The notes under the pieces were generated by a model. It had not been told where the DNA came from. It saw only the letters and a program-made list of their open reading frames with translations, and searched no databases. DNA of 64,000 nt, taken from NCBI GenBank assembly GCA_963789395.1, contig CAWBKP010000006.1, positions 37,864-101,863 on the forward strand, written 5' to 3'. This document shows positions 31,334 to 41,524 of the stretch, one piece after another. The position numbers and the translations under genes are program-made. This DNA comes from an uncultured delta proteobacterium (GTDB lineage: Bacteria > Desulfobacterota > Desulfobacteria > Desulfobacterales > Desulfatirhabdiaceae). Position 1 is the first letter of the stretch. Each line of letters opens with the position of its first letter.

Positions 31334-31425
31334 GTAACTTCAAGTATTCAAGTCAGAATCCAGGAGCCGGAATGAGGGACCATTCTGAATTCTGACTCCT
31401 GATTTCCGTATACCTGAGTAGTTAC
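31334..31425. mobile_element. Empty (ORF-less) GTAAC-ended element with 8-bp target-site duplication
   Basis: Ends GTAACT...AGTTAC; direct repeat GATGACTT at 31326-31333 and 31426-31433; interior equals the two ends of the 56939 element fused. Confidence 0.85.
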
Positions 31426-31476
31426 GATGACTTTGTATTGACAGTCTTCTTCAAACATATTAATTCTCAAACAGGG

Positions 31477-31608
31477 GAGCCTCTTGCAAAAGTACCGCCG
31501 TTCGTCTCCCCGGTGAAAACCGGGGCCCAGAAATCTTTGAATTCACTGGATACCGGCTTTCGCCGGTATGACGGAAGATGCAATTTGAAGAAGTTTTGCA
31601 AGAGGCTC
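31477..31608. mobile_element. 132-bp MITE (family A) with perfect 15-bp terminal inverted repeats
   Basis: GAGCCTCTTGCAAAA...TTTTGCAAGAGGCTC; internal ATACCGGC-TTTC-GCCGGTAT hairpin; homolog at 15646. Confidence 0.85.
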
Positions 31609-31716
31609 AGTGAGGCTCCAAAAGTAACGTCAGTCCTTTTGATATTAGAATTTTGAATGTGTTTCGGATTTCGATATTCGATATGATTCGGATTTTCCTA
31701 ATGGTGGTAATGACCG

Positions 31717-31893
31717 ATGCAAACAATGATATGGGTTGCAGTGCTGGTGGGTCTGGCGCTTCTCGTGGTTGGGATGATTAAACGACAAAAAAACGCTAAA
31801 GCGCCTGATACGTATGTCTGCGGTCATTGCGGCGAAAAGGACTGCGATTGCACAAAACAGGTGAAAGGGCGGGGAGGCCCTGAGCATGACTGA
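31717..31893 (+). CDS. 58-aa membrane-anchored Cys-rich small protein (not in ORF track)
   Basis: MQTMIWVAVLVGLALLVVGMIKRQK...YVCGHCGEKDCDC; overlaps the nitroreductase start. Confidence 0.65.
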   Translation: MQTMIWVAVLVGLALLVVGMIKRQKNAKAPDTYVCGHCGEKDCDCTKQVKGRGGPEHD

Positions 31894-32428
31894 TTTTATG
31901 ACGATCCTGAAAGAAAGAAGAAGTGTTCGTAAATATGAGGAAAAAGAGGTGCCCCAGGAAATTCTGGACCAGATTCTGGAAGCGGTTCGCTGGTCGCCAT
32001 CCTGGGCCAACACCCAGTGCTGGGAAGTGGTGATCATCAAAGATCCGGAAATAAGGGCAAAGCTTCAGGAAACCCTGGCGCCGAAAAATCCCGCCACCAA
32101 GGCCATTGTCAATGCGCCGGTTCTATTGGCCCTTTGCGGCAAACAAAACAGCTCCGGGTGCTATGACGGCAAGGTCACCACAAAATTCGGCGACTGGTTC
32201 ATGTTCGATCTGGGAATCGCCACGCAGAGCATCTGCCTGGCAGCCCACCATCTGGGGCTGGGAACGGTGGTAGTCGGCCTCTTCGATCATGACCGGGCCA
32301 AAACGGTACTGAACATTCCGGCCGGATATGAACTGGTGACCCTGATGCCGCTCGGATACCCGGCAAAAATTTCATCTCCGCCCTCCCGACGAGAAATTCA
32401 GGAGTTTACCCACCTGAATTCGTTTTAA
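31886..32428 (+). CDS. Nitroreductase family protein
   Basis: RRSVRKY, SPSWANTQCW, CLAAHHLGLGT, LGYP. Confidence 0.92.
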   Translation: MTDFMTILKERRSVRKYEEKEVPQEILDQILEAVRWSPSWANTQCWEVVIIKDPEIRAKLQETLAPKNPATKAIVNAPVLLALCGKQNSSGCYDGKVTTKFGDWFMFDLGIATQSICLAAHHLGLGTVVVGLFDHDRAKTVLNIPAGYELVTLMPLGYPAKISSPPSRREIQEFTHLNSF

Positions 32429-32510
32429 TAGAAAGCGTTGTGTATTTTCTTGTGCATGTCGGGATCTTCATTCGATTTCTTGTTTTGTCTATTGGCATAT
32501 TCGAAATTGA

Positions 32511-33548
32511 ATGTCCGATCCACCAGCAATTTCGTGTGAAAAACCTCCGGTCAGGACGCGGATTACGGCTGTGACCCTGTCTTTGGTGGTGGGTGCCCTG
32601 CTGATGGCCGCCAAATTCTATATTTACCGGATCACGCTGTCCACGGCCATTCTTTCCGATGCGCTGGAATCCATCATCAATGTGGTGGCCAGTGCCTTTG
32701 CCCTGGGAAGCATTCTGCTGGCGGCCATTCCTCCGGACAAGAACCATCCCTACGGTCATGGCAAAATCGAGTATTTCTCGGCGGGATTTGAAGGTGCGCT
32801 CATCATGCTGGCGGCTGCCGGAATATTTAAAACCGGATGGCCCCGGATTTTTGAACCCGCGCCCCTGCCCAATCTTCAGGAAGGTCTCTGGCTGCTGCTG
32901 GGTGCCAGCCTGGTCAATCTGCTTCTGGGTCTGGGGCTGATCCGGACCGGCCGGAAAACCCGGTCCCTGACCCTTGTGGCGGATGGCAGGCATGTGCTGA
33001 CGGATGTCTATACATCCGGCGGAGTCATCCTGGGGCTGTTAATGGTCAATCTGACCGGTTGGTTCTGGATGGACGGAGCGGTTGCCTGTCTGGTGGGGGT
33101 CAATATCCTTTACACCGGCGGCGTGCTGCTGCATCAATCCTTTTCAGGGCTGATGAACGCCTCGGATCCCGGGCTCCTTCAGGAAATCTGCGGGATTCTG
33201 GTTGAAAACCGGAAAGACTCCTGGATCGACATCCATCAGTTGCGCGCCTGGACGTCGGGCAATCTCATTCACATTGATTTTCATCTGATTCTGCCACGCA
33301 GTTTTTCCCTGGAAGAAGCCCATCGGGAAGGCAAGGAAATTGAAAATATACTAAGTTGTCATTTCAACGGGGATGTAAGCGTGCTGATCCACCTGGATCC
33401 CTGCATTGAACCGGATTGTCCGGTATGCTCCAGATATCTGTGCGGGGAGCGTGCCCTGCCCCTTGAGGGGCGGATTACCTGGACGGTGGAGACCACAACG
33501 ATGAAAGGCTGGGGAGAAAACCGGTTTAATGCTGCGAATACATCGTGA
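32511..33548 (+). CDS. Cation diffusion facilitator (FieF-like)
   Basis: SDALES, HPYGHGKIEY, DGRHVLTD, IHLDP. Confidence 0.92.
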   Translation: MSDPPAISCEKPPVRTRITAVTLSLVVGALLMAAKFYIYRITLSTAILSDALESIINVVASAFALGSILLAAIPPDKNHPYGHGKIEYFSAGFEGALIMLAAAGIFKTGWPRIFEPAPLPNLQEGLWLLLGASLVNLLLGLGLIRTGRKTRSLTLVADGRHVLTDVYTSGGVILGLLMVNLTGWFWMDGAVACLVGVNILYTGGVLLHQSFSGLMNASDPGLLQEICGILVENRKDSWIDIHQLRAWTSGNLIHIDFHLILPRSFSLEEAHREGKEIENILSCHFNGDVSVLIHLDPCIEPDCPVCSRYLCGERALPLEGRITWTVETTTMKGWGENRFNAANTS

Positions 33549-33587
33549 TCCGGCACGGATGAGCCGGTTGATACCTTTTATGCAGAT

Positions 33588-33813
33588 GGTTGTGCACCCG
33601 CCTTTGAACAATTCCGTAAACCCTGTACCAAAAAGCAAAACCGGGATCGATCCATGACACAGACGCCATCATTTATCGCTGCTTCCTTCCGGACCTGACG
33701 AGGTTCACGAGTGACTGTTGCATGGCGGCCGGTCAGCCCGAAGGCTTCGGGTTCCTGGAGGTTATCCTAAAAACGGGAATTCAGCCCCGATTGGATCGGA
33801 GCCTAGCACAACC
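33588..33813 (-). ncRNA. ffs: Signal recognition particle RNA, large type
   Basis: GTCAGGTCCGGAAGGAAGCAGC domain IV on the minus strand; termini GGTTGTGC/GCACAACC pair; GCTAG and TGAATTCCC large-SRP landmarks. Confidence 0.92.
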
Positions 33814-33819
33814 GTATAA

Positions 33820-33847
33820 AGTATACCCCAAATCCGGTCATTAGCAA
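33820..33847 (-). promoter_or_regulatory. Sigma70 promoter of ffs
   Basis: TTGCTA-16bp-TATACT ending 6 nt before the predicted RNA 5' end. Confidence 0.65.
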
Positions 33848-33855
33848 ACAAAAAA

Positions 33856-34060
33856 GTAACCAATCAGGTATGGTCAGATCGAGCCAGAATGAGGGACCCG
33901 GCAAAAAAACTTGAAGACTTGCTGGCGTGGCAGAAAGCCCATCAATTCGCGCTTGTATTTTATCGCTTGATGCGATTCTTGCCAGGCTCTCGAAACGACG
34001 GCCTGTCTTCCGGGCCATTCTGAATTCTGACTCCTGAATTCTGAATACCTGAGTAACGAT
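33856..34060 (+). mobile_element. Internally deleted GTAAC-ended element with 5' fragment of the four-helix-bundle gene
   Basis: GTAACCAATCAGGTAT left end; MRDPAKKLEDLLAWQKAHQF fragment; then GGGCCATTCTGAATTCTGACTCCTGAATTCTGAATAC as in the 56939 element. Confidence 0.85.
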
Positions 34061-34112
34061 AATGACCCCATTCCCCTGGCCGAAACGTTGGCCCGGGCCA
34101 TAAAGGAGAACC

Positions 34113-36008
34113 ATGGACTTACAAGCATATTGCCCGCATAAAATCATGCGTGCGGAAGAGGCGATTTCCCATATTCGTAAAGGCAGCAGGGTGTTTATCG
34201 GCACCGGGTGCGGAGAACCCCAGCATCTGATCCGGGCCATGGTCATGGACCTTTCCATGCAGGACATCATGGTCTATCAGATGCTGTCCTACACGCTGGC
34301 GGATTATATCGATGACCCGTCTTTTACCCGGCGGTTTTCGCTCAAACTGTTTTTTATCAGCAGAACCATGCGAAAAGCGGCCTTTGAAGGAAAAATCGAC
34401 TATATCCCCGCTTACCTGTCTCAGATTCCCAGGCTCTTTGCCAGCCACCGCATCGGACTGGATGTGGCGCTGATTCAGGTGAGTCCGCCGGACAAGTTCG
34501 GGTACTGCAGTCTGGGCGTTTCAGTGGATATCACCCGCTCCGGCATGGAAAACGCATCCATGGTCATTGCCCAGGTAAATCCCCTGATGCCCAGAACCTG
34601 GGGGGACAGTTTCGTTCATGTGGATGATATCGATTTTCTGGTCATCCATGAGGAGCCGATCGTTGCCACGCCAGCCAGGCGTCCCAACACGGAAGTCATT
34701 CAGCGGATCGGGCATTACATTTCCCAGCTTGTCGATGACGGGGCAACGCTTCAGATCGGGTTCGGCAACCTTCCCGATGCCATTCTGCCCTATCTGGACA
34801 ATAAAAACGATCTGGGAATCCATACCCAGCTGATCACGGACGGCATGCTGCCCCTCCTGGAAAAAAAAGTGATCACAAACAGGAAAAAAACCCTTCTGCC
34901 CGGAAGGGTCGTGGCGTCCCTGTGCATGGGCACAGACGCCATCTACCGTTACGTGGACAACAACCCCCTGTTTTATTTCCGCTCGTCGGAATTTGTGAAT
35001 GACCCCACGGTGATTGCCCGAAATGACAACCTGATTTCCATCAGCTCCGCTCTGGAGGTGGATCTGACCGGTCAGGTCTGTACGGATTCCATGGGATATC
35101 TGTTTTACAGCGGCATCGGCGATCAGGTCGATTTCCTGCGGGGCAGCGCCATGTCAAAAGGCGGTTTTTCCATTGTCGCCCTGCCGTCCACGGCCCAGAA
35201 CGGCAAAGTCTCCCGCATTGTTTCCCATCTCAGCGAGGGTGCAGGCGTTGCCACCACGCGCGGGGATGTCAATTTCATCGTCACCGAATACGGAATTGCC
35301 GAGCTGAAAGGAAAAGGCATTTACCAGCGGGTCATGGAGCTGGCGCAGGTGGCCCACCCCAAATTCCGCGAAGAGCTGATCGATATCGCCAAGACGCGCC
35401 ATTACATTTTTTCCGACCAGCTGCCGCCTTCTCAGGACGATCTGCTGTTTCTGGAAGGCTATAAATCCACCCTGAAGCTAAAGAATGGAAAAACCATTGA
35501 ATTCCGGCCACTTCTGCCTTCAGATGAATTTTCCTACCGCAATTTTTTCTACTCGCTTCAGGAAGAGACCATCTACCGCCGGTTTTTTTACAAAATGAAG
35601 GTTTTTTCCCATGAAGTGGTTCAGAAGCAGTGGGCCAGCGTGGATTACCGCAAGAACATGTCGCTCATCGGGCTTTCCCAGAGAGGGGGCAGCCGGGAGA
35701 TCATGGCAATCGGCTCTTATGCCGAAGAAGAAGAGGGCCGGGCCGAGGTGGCGTTTGTGGTCAGGGAGGATTACCAGGGGATGGGCATTTCCACGTATCT
35801 GCTCAAGGAACTTGAAAAAATCGCCAGGGGAAATGATTATAAAGGATTTTCCGCAACCGTGCTCCGGGAAAATGCTTCCATGCTCCACGTCTTTAAAAAA
35901 CGCTATCCCAACGCGATCGTCAACATGAGCGGGGGAGATCTGACCATCGAGATGAATTTTGATGATACGGCCGAACCGCTGAAAAAAGAAGATACCTGTG
36001 CCTGCTGA
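34113..36008 (+). CDS. Acetyl-CoA hydrolase/transferase fused to a GNAT domain
   Basis: DGATLQIGFG, GIGDQVDFLRG, VTEYGIA; C-terminal AEVAFVVREDYQGMG. Confidence 0.9.
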   Translation: MDLQAYCPHKIMRAEEAISHIRKGSRVFIGTGCGEPQHLIRAMVMDLSMQDIMVYQMLSYTLADYIDDPSFTRRFSLKLFFISRTMRKAAFEGKIDYIPAYLSQIPRLFASHRIGLDVALIQVSPPDKFGYCSLGVSVDITRSGMENASMVIAQVNPLMPRTWGDSFVHVDDIDFLVIHEEPIVATPARRPNTEVIQRIGHYISQLVDDGATLQIGFGNLPDAILPYLDNKNDLGIHTQLITDGMLPLLEKKVITNRKKTLLPGRVVASLCMGTDAIYRYVDNNPLFYFRSSEFVNDPTVIARNDNLISISSALEVDLTGQVCTDSMGYLFYSGIGDQVDFLRGSAMSKGGFSIVALPSTAQNGKVSRIVSHLSEGAGVATTRGDVNFIVTEYGIAELKGKGIYQRVMELAQVAHPKFREELIDIAKTRHYIFSDQLPPSQDDLLFLEGYKSTLKLKNGKTIEFRPLLPSDEFSYRNFFYSLQEETIYRRFFYKMKVFSHEVVQKQWASVDYRKNMSLIGLSQRGGSREIMAIGSYAEEEEGRAEVAFVVREDYQGMGISTYLLKELEKIARGNDYKGFSATVLRENASMLHVFKKRYPNAIVNMSGGDLTIEMNFDDTAEPLKKEDTCAC

Positions 36009-36714
36009 AATGCAGATCGGAGATCCGGAGTGGAACCGGCTGGTCGTGGCCGGCGCCGGAAGCCTGGGGGTCCGGGTTTCTGAATTGCAGGTGGCGCAGT
36101 TTGGCGTCCACATCCGGGAAATGCTGCTCTGGAACCAAAAGACAAACCTGACCGCCATCACCCTGCCGTCGGAAGTGGCCATCAAACATGTTGTGGATTC
36201 GCTGGCCATCGCCGGATGGATTCCCCCGGAAGCATGCCTGCTGGATGTCGGCTCCGGCGGCGGTTTTCCCGGGATTCCGCTCAAGATACTGATGCCTTCC
36301 CTGTCGGTTACGCTGATCGATTCTTCCCGCAAGAAAAACAGTTTTCAGCGTCATGTCATCCGCAGGCTGGGGCTGGTCAATATCACTGCCTTGCAAACCC
36401 GGGTCGAGATGCTTTCGGCAGACCCGGACCGGGTTCTCAGCGACAATGCAACTGCGTTTTCGGTCATTGTCTGCCGGGCCTTTACGGACCTGGCCCGTTT
36501 TGTCGAAATGACGCTCCCCCTTCTGGCGCCATCCGGAACGATTCTTGCCATGAAAGGCAGGATCGACGACGATGAACTGGCAGCAGTTTCGGATGTTGTT
36601 TCCCGGCAGGCCGGCACGTTTCACGCCCGGACCCTTTCCTACACGCTTCCCGTTATCCAAGCCAAACGCTGCGTGTATATGCTCACATCGGCATCACCAC
36701 CGCCAACCGGGTAA
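35998..36714 (+). CDS. rsmG: 16S rRNA m7G527 methyltransferase
   Basis: WNQKTNLTA, KHVVDSL, LDVGSGGGFPG, CRAF, MKG. Confidence 0.92.
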   Translation: MPAEMQIGDPEWNRLVVAGAGSLGVRVSELQVAQFGVHIREMLLWNQKTNLTAITLPSEVAIKHVVDSLAIAGWIPPEACLLDVGSGGGFPGIPLKILMPSLSVTLIDSSRKKNSFQRHVIRRLGLVNITALQTRVEMLSADPDRVLSDNATAFSVIVCRAFTDLARFVEMTLPLLAPSGTILAMKGRIDDDELAAVSDVVSRQAGTFHARTLSYTLPVIQAKRCVYMLTSASPPPTG

Positions 36715-36720
36715 CAAATC

Positions 36721-37893
36721 ATGTTTTCCTCCCGCTTGAACTGGAAATCATCCACCAATCGCATTACCCGCGCCATCGATGCCCTGACCCAGCAGGGCGT
36801 CGAACTGGTGGATCTCACCGGGACAAACCCGACCGCAGCCGGTTTTGATTATGACACGGCTGCGGTGTGCGGCGCCATGTCGCCGCCCGCCATTCTGGAA
36901 TATCATCCGAACCCCCGGGGACGGGTTCCCGCCAGGCAGGCCGTTGCGGACTATTACCGGCATCATGGAAAGTCCGTTGATCTGGAAACGATTTTTCTGA
37001 CTGCCAGCACCAGCGAGTCATACGCCTGTCTTTTCAAGCTGCTCTGTGATCCCGGAGACACGGTTCTGGCCCCCCGGCCCAGTTATCCGCTCTTTGATTA
37101 CCTGGCCGGACTGGAGTCCATCCACCTGGAAACCTATCCGTTGCGCTATCAGCCGGATACCGGCTGGCGGATCGATCTGGAGCAGATCAAGTCGCTTACC
37201 ACGCCCCGGACCCGCGCCATCCTTCTGGTGAATCCCAACAACCCGACCGGATCCTATGTCCGGCCCCATGAGCGCGAACAGCTCACCCGATGGTGCCGGG
37301 ATCATGATCTGGCGCTGATTGTGGATGAGGTGTTTCTGGATTATGCTTCGGCGCAAACTCCCTGCGGTTTGTTGTCCGCTGCCGGAAATACCGGCGCATT
37401 GACCTTTACACTGTCCGGAATATCCAAGGTTCTGGGGCTTCCCCAGCTCAAGCTGGGATGGATTCAGGTGAGCGGGCCGCAGCCGCTTTGCCTTGCTGCA
37501 TGCAATAACCTGGAAATGATCTCGGATACCTACCTGTCGGCATCCACCCCGGTTCAGGAGGCGCTTCCGGCCTTGATGGCGCAGCGGGGTTTTTTTCAAA
37601 ATCAGGCTATCCACCGGATTGAGGCAAACGATGCATCCCTGCGAGCGGCCTGCGAGCGGCTCACAACCGGCCGGGTCCTTGGCCGGGAAGGCGGGTGGGT
37701 TGCCATTATTGCCATGCAGAACGGAATTTCCGATGAAGAAATGGTTTGCCGGCTCCTGGAGTTGGATCAGGTGCTGGTGCATCCCGGGTATTTCTACGAT
37801 GTTGATGCGGACAGCTGCCTGGTGATCAGCCTGCTGACCCGGCCGGATCGGTTCATGACGGGTATCGATCGCCTGGTTTCCCGCTTCCGGTAG
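36721..37893 (+). CDS. PLP-dependent aminotransferase class I/II
   Basis: NPNNPTG, DEVF, SGISK. Confidence 0.88.
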   Translation: MFSSRLNWKSSTNRITRAIDALTQQGVELVDLTGTNPTAAGFDYDTAAVCGAMSPPAILEYHPNPRGRVPARQAVADYYRHHGKSVDLETIFLTASTSESYACLFKLLCDPGDTVLAPRPSYPLFDYLAGLESIHLETYPLRYQPDTGWRIDLEQIKSLTTPRTRAILLVNPNNPTGSYVRPHEREQLTRWCRDHDLALIVDEVFLDYASAQTPCGLLSAAGNTGALTFTLSGISKVLGLPQLKLGWIQVSGPQPLCLAACNNLEMISDTYLSASTPVQEALPALMAQRGFFQNQAIHRIEANDASLRAACERLTTGRVLGREGGWVAIIAMQNGISDEEMVCRLLELDQVLVHPGYFYDVDADSCLVISLLTRPDRFMTGIDRLVSRFR

Positions 37894-40800
37894 GTGCCAG
37901 GGTCCAGGGATCCGGAATAGTCAGCGCTGTTTCAGCCGGTTTGCCTGCCGGCTGGTTTTCAAGATTCACGGAAACCACCTTGGACACGCCTTTTTGCTCC
38001 ATGGTAATTCCCAGAAGCGTATCCGCAAACGACATGCTGTGCTTGTTGTGGGTGATCATCACAATCTGGGAGCTCTTTCCGATCAGCTTCAGCAGGTGAT
38101 TGAAGCGGAAAACATTCGATTCATCCAGAGGCGCGTCGATTTCATCCATCAGACAGAACGCGGCGGGTTTGATCAGGAAAATGGAAAAAATAAAGGCGAT
38201 GGCGGACAGCGCCTTTTCTCCGCCGGAAAGCAGGCTGATCCGCGTCAGTTTTTTCCCGGGCGGTTGAATCATGAATTCAACGCCGGTATCGAGCGGTTTG
38301 TTCGGATCCGTCAGCACGAGCCGGGCGGTTCCGCCTTCAAAGAGACGGGGAAAGATTTCCTGGATTTTTTCATTGATTGCGTGAAAGGTTTCCATGAACC
38401 GCTCCTGGGTGACCCGGTTGATTTTTTGAATCAGTTTGTGCAGGTCATCACTGGCCTTGTTCAGGTCCTGGCGCTGGGCTTCCAGAAAATCAAACCGGGT
38501 CTTCAGGGCGTCATATTCGGAAATGGCCTCTAGATTCACATCTCCGATTCCGGCGATCCGGGTCCGAAGCCGTGCCAGTTCGCTTTCCATATCGGCCAAA
38601 GAATACTTTTCGTCCGGGTCGGCAACTGCCGACGCTTCCCGGCGGATTTCGGAAAAAGACAGATGATAGGTTTCGGTCAGCCGGTTTTGAATACTTTCCT
38701 GCTTCAGGGTCATCCGGGAAATTTCAAGCTCCAGCAGCCGGATTTGCTGAAGCGTTTTTTCATGCTCCCGGTGAATGCCGCCCAGTGAGGTGCTGCTGTC
38801 CGCCATCTCCCGCTCCAGGGCATCGTACTCGCTCTGGTGGGAATGCAGCGCGGATTCAATAGATTGAAGCTGCGCAGTCTCCTGCTTAAGATGGGCTTCA
38901 TCTGCCGTGATCTGCTGTGCGCCGGCCGAGATCTTCCGGCGGTTTTCGGCAATGTCTCGGGTAATCTGTGTGATGCGCTGAAGCCCGTCTTCACGGAAAT
39001 TCACCAGCCGCCTCAGGGTGTTTCGGGTATTTTCCACCTGGGCGTTCAATGTGGTCCGTTGAAGCTGGCATGCCATCCATCGCTGGTTGGCGGCTTCCGT
39101 TTCCCGGGATGCCGCCTGAATGGCCGCTGTTTTCCGTGAAATTTCGGCCTGATCGGCTGCGATTTCCTGGCGAATCTGCGAAAGGATGGCGTGGTTCCGG
39201 GTGATTTCCGCTGCCATATCCATATCTTCGCCGCCGAGCTGTTCCTGCTCCAGTTCCGCCATTTCCAGTCGCCGCCTTGCCTGTTTGAGCATTTCCATGG
39301 CTTTGTAGGCGTTTTTTTCCGCCTGAATTTCATCCTGAACCGCTTGGTTTTTTTCTTCGAGGCATTTCTGGAAAAGGGCTTCCTGGTGCCGGACATCGGC
39401 TTCCATGGCGGCCTGTGTTTTGCGTGCCGCGTCATGGTCCATCGTGATCCGGCTGATTTCCTGCTCCAGTGCCGCCAGTTCATTTTTCTTGGCCAGAATT
39501 CCGGCAGACGGGTCGCTGCTGCCGCCTATCAGGATTTTTTCCTGAGAAACCACCTGGCCATCCCGCGTCACAACCGCCCATCCGGAATTTGAATCGCCCT
39601 GAATGCGCATTGCTTCCTCAAGGGTTTCCGAAAGAACCACATGGCCGATCAGCGCCTCTGCAACGGGTTCGAATTCGGGCTGGAACTGGACATGGTTGAT
39701 CAGCCGGTCCATGTGCATCCCGACGGTTTCCGGTGATTTTCTGATCTCATCCAGCGGAATGAATCCGCAGCGTCCGGCCTGATGATTTTTCAGATAGGAA
39801 ATGGCCCGAAGCCCGGCTTGTGTGTTGACTGCCAGAAGATACTGAAGGGATTCTCCCATTGCCGCTTCCAGGGCTGCTTCGTAGGATGGGTCCGGGTTCA
39901 GCATCCCGGCAACCGGACCGCTGATTCCGGATAATTCCGGTAAATCGGATCCGGGCTTCTGGTTGACCTGCTTCATGATGGCCCGGACCCCGCCATGATA
40001 CCATTCAAAATTATCCGCCATTTTTTTAAGCGCGCCATATTTTGAAGCTGTCCGGGTTCTTTCCAGATCCAGGCGCTGGGCTGTTTTCACCTGTTGCCCC
40101 AGGGCCTGAATCGATGTCTGAAGCTGCTGTTTCTTCGCATCCGCACACGCTGTCAGCCTGGCGATCTCGTCTTTATGAAAATTCAGAGCATTTCTGGCGG
40201 CGTTTTCCGCTTTTTCGGATTCGCACAATGCCTTTCTGGCCGTATGTTCTTCTTCATCGGCACGTTTAAGACGCCGTTTCAGGGTTTCCCGGCTTGCGGA
40301 GGCATGCTGAAAAACATGCTGATGCCGCGCTTCCCGGCCGGTTAAGTCCATCAGACGGGCCTGGATGGCATCGCGCTCGTTTTTGAGGCCCGACAGGTGA
40401 GCCTGTGTGTTTTGAAATGCGGCTTTTTCCGCATCCAGCGTTGCGGAAAAAGCGTCAATATCTTGTTGGGCTCGATCGGCCTGGTTTTCCAGATCCGAAA
40501 TCTCCAGCGTGATCCGGGCTGCTTTATCCTCAAGATCGCTGCAGGTGGCATCCAGCGCTTCGGTTTCTGCGGTCAGCCGCTGCGTGTCCTTTTTTAAATG
40601 TTCCAGATCGTTTTCAAGCCGGTCGATCTGCCGCCGGTACTCAAATTTCCGGGATCGGAGGCCGGTCAGGGTTTCATGGAGTTGAACATGACGGAATTTA
40701 ATGGATTCAATGGCCGCTTCCATCTGGCGCGAGCGGGACTGGCAGGAGATGTCCTGATTGCCAGCTTCGGATAGAAGTGCCTGATGCTCCTGAATCTCGA

Positions 40801-41524
40801 GCGAAAGGGCATCATGGGAAAGCAGTCCGAGACGGATATCCAGGCGCCTGATTTTTTTCCGGATCCTGCGGTATCGCTCGGCTTTTTGAACCTGGCGCTC
40901 AAGGGTCTTCATCTGGCGGCTGACTTCGGACAGAATGTCGGTGAGCCGAATCAGGTTCTGCTGGGTGGATTCGAGCTTGCGAAGGGCTTCTGTTTTGCTG
41001 GCTTTATAGCGGGTGGTTCCGGCCGCCTCTTCGATGTACCCTCTTCGTTCATCCGGACCGGCTTCGGTAATGGCGCCGATATTTCCCTGCTGAATCAGGG
41101 CATAGGACTTGGCCCCCATGCCGCTTCCCATGAAGACATGGTGAATATCCTTCAGTCTGCAGGGTTGTTTGTTGATCAGGTAGGCGCTTTCGCCGGAGCG
41201 GTAGATCCGCCGCGTCAGCATGATTTCCGAGAAGTCCCGAAGCGCCTCCGGCGCCGAACCGTTGTCGTTGATGAGGGTGAGGGACACTTCCGCCATATTC
41301 AGGGAAGGCATTCCGGAAGTTCCTGAAAAAATGACGTCTTCCATTGCCTTGCCGCGAAGCTGGCGGACACTCTGCTCTCCCATGACCCATCTGAGAGCGT
41401 CCATGACATTGCTCTTCCCGCACCCGTTTGGTCCGACAACCGCCGATACGCCCGGCGGGAAATGGAGACAGGTTTTTTCGTGAAAGGATTTGAATCCCGT
41501 CAGTTCCAGCTTTTTAAGCTTCAT
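37853..41524 (-). CDS. smc: Chromosome segregation protein SMC
   Basis: GFKSF, GPNGCGKSN, coiled coils, hinge, LSGGEK, MDEIDAPLD. Confidence 0.96.
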   Translation of the reverse strand: MKLKKLELTGFKSFHEKTCLHFPPGVSAVVGPNGCGKSNVMDALRWVMGEQSVRQLRGKAMEDVIFSGTSGMPSLNMAEVSLTLINDNGSAPEALRDFSEIMLTRRIYRSGESAYLINKQPCRLKDIHHVFMGSGMGAKSYALIQQGNIGAITEAGPDERRGYIEEAAGTTRYKASKTEALRKLESTQQNLIRLTDILSEVSRQMKTLERQVQKAERYRRIRKKIRRLDIRLGLLSHDALSLEIQEHQALLSEAGNQDISCQSRSRQMEAAIESIKFRHVQLHETLTGLRSRKFEYRRQIDRLENDLEHLKKDTQRLTAETEALDATCSDLEDKAARITLEISDLENQADRAQQDIDAFSATLDAEKAAFQNTQAHLSGLKNERDAIQARLMDLTGREARHQHVFQHASASRETLKRRLKRADEEEHTARKALCESEKAENAARNALNFHKDEIARLTACADAKKQQLQTSIQALGQQVKTAQRLDLERTRTASKYGALKKMADNFEWYHGGVRAIMKQVNQKPGSDLPELSGISGPVAGMLNPDPSYEAALEAAMGESLQYLLAVNTQAGLRAISYLKNHQAGRCGFIPLDEIRKSPETVGMHMDRLINHVQFQPEFEPVAEALIGHVVLSETLEEAMRIQGDSNSGWAVVTRDGQVVSQEKILIGGSSDPSAGILAKKNELAALEQEISRITMDHDAARKTQAAMEADVRHQEALFQKCLEEKNQAVQDEIQAEKNAYKAMEMLKQARRRLEMAELEQEQLGGEDMDMAAEITRNHAILSQIRQEIAADQAEISRKTAAIQAASRETEAANQRWMACQLQRTTLNAQVENTRNTLRRLVNFREDGLQRITQITRDIAENRRKISAGAQQITADEAHLKQETAQLQSIESALHSHQSEYDALEREMADSSTSLGGIHREHEKTLQQIRLLELEISRMTLKQESIQNRLTETYHLSFSEIRREASAVADPDEKYSLADMESELARLRTRIAGIGDVNLEAISEYDALKTRFDFLEAQRQDLNKASDDLHKLIQKINRVTQERFMETFHAINEKIQEIFPRLFEGGTARLVLTDPNKPLDTGVEFMIQPPGKKLTRISLLSGGEKALSAIAFIFSIFLIKPAAFCLMDEIDAPLDESNVFRFNHLLKLIGKSSQIVMITHNKHSMSFADTLLGITMEQKGVSKVVSVNLENQPAGKPAETALTIPDPWTLAPTGSGKPGDRYPS

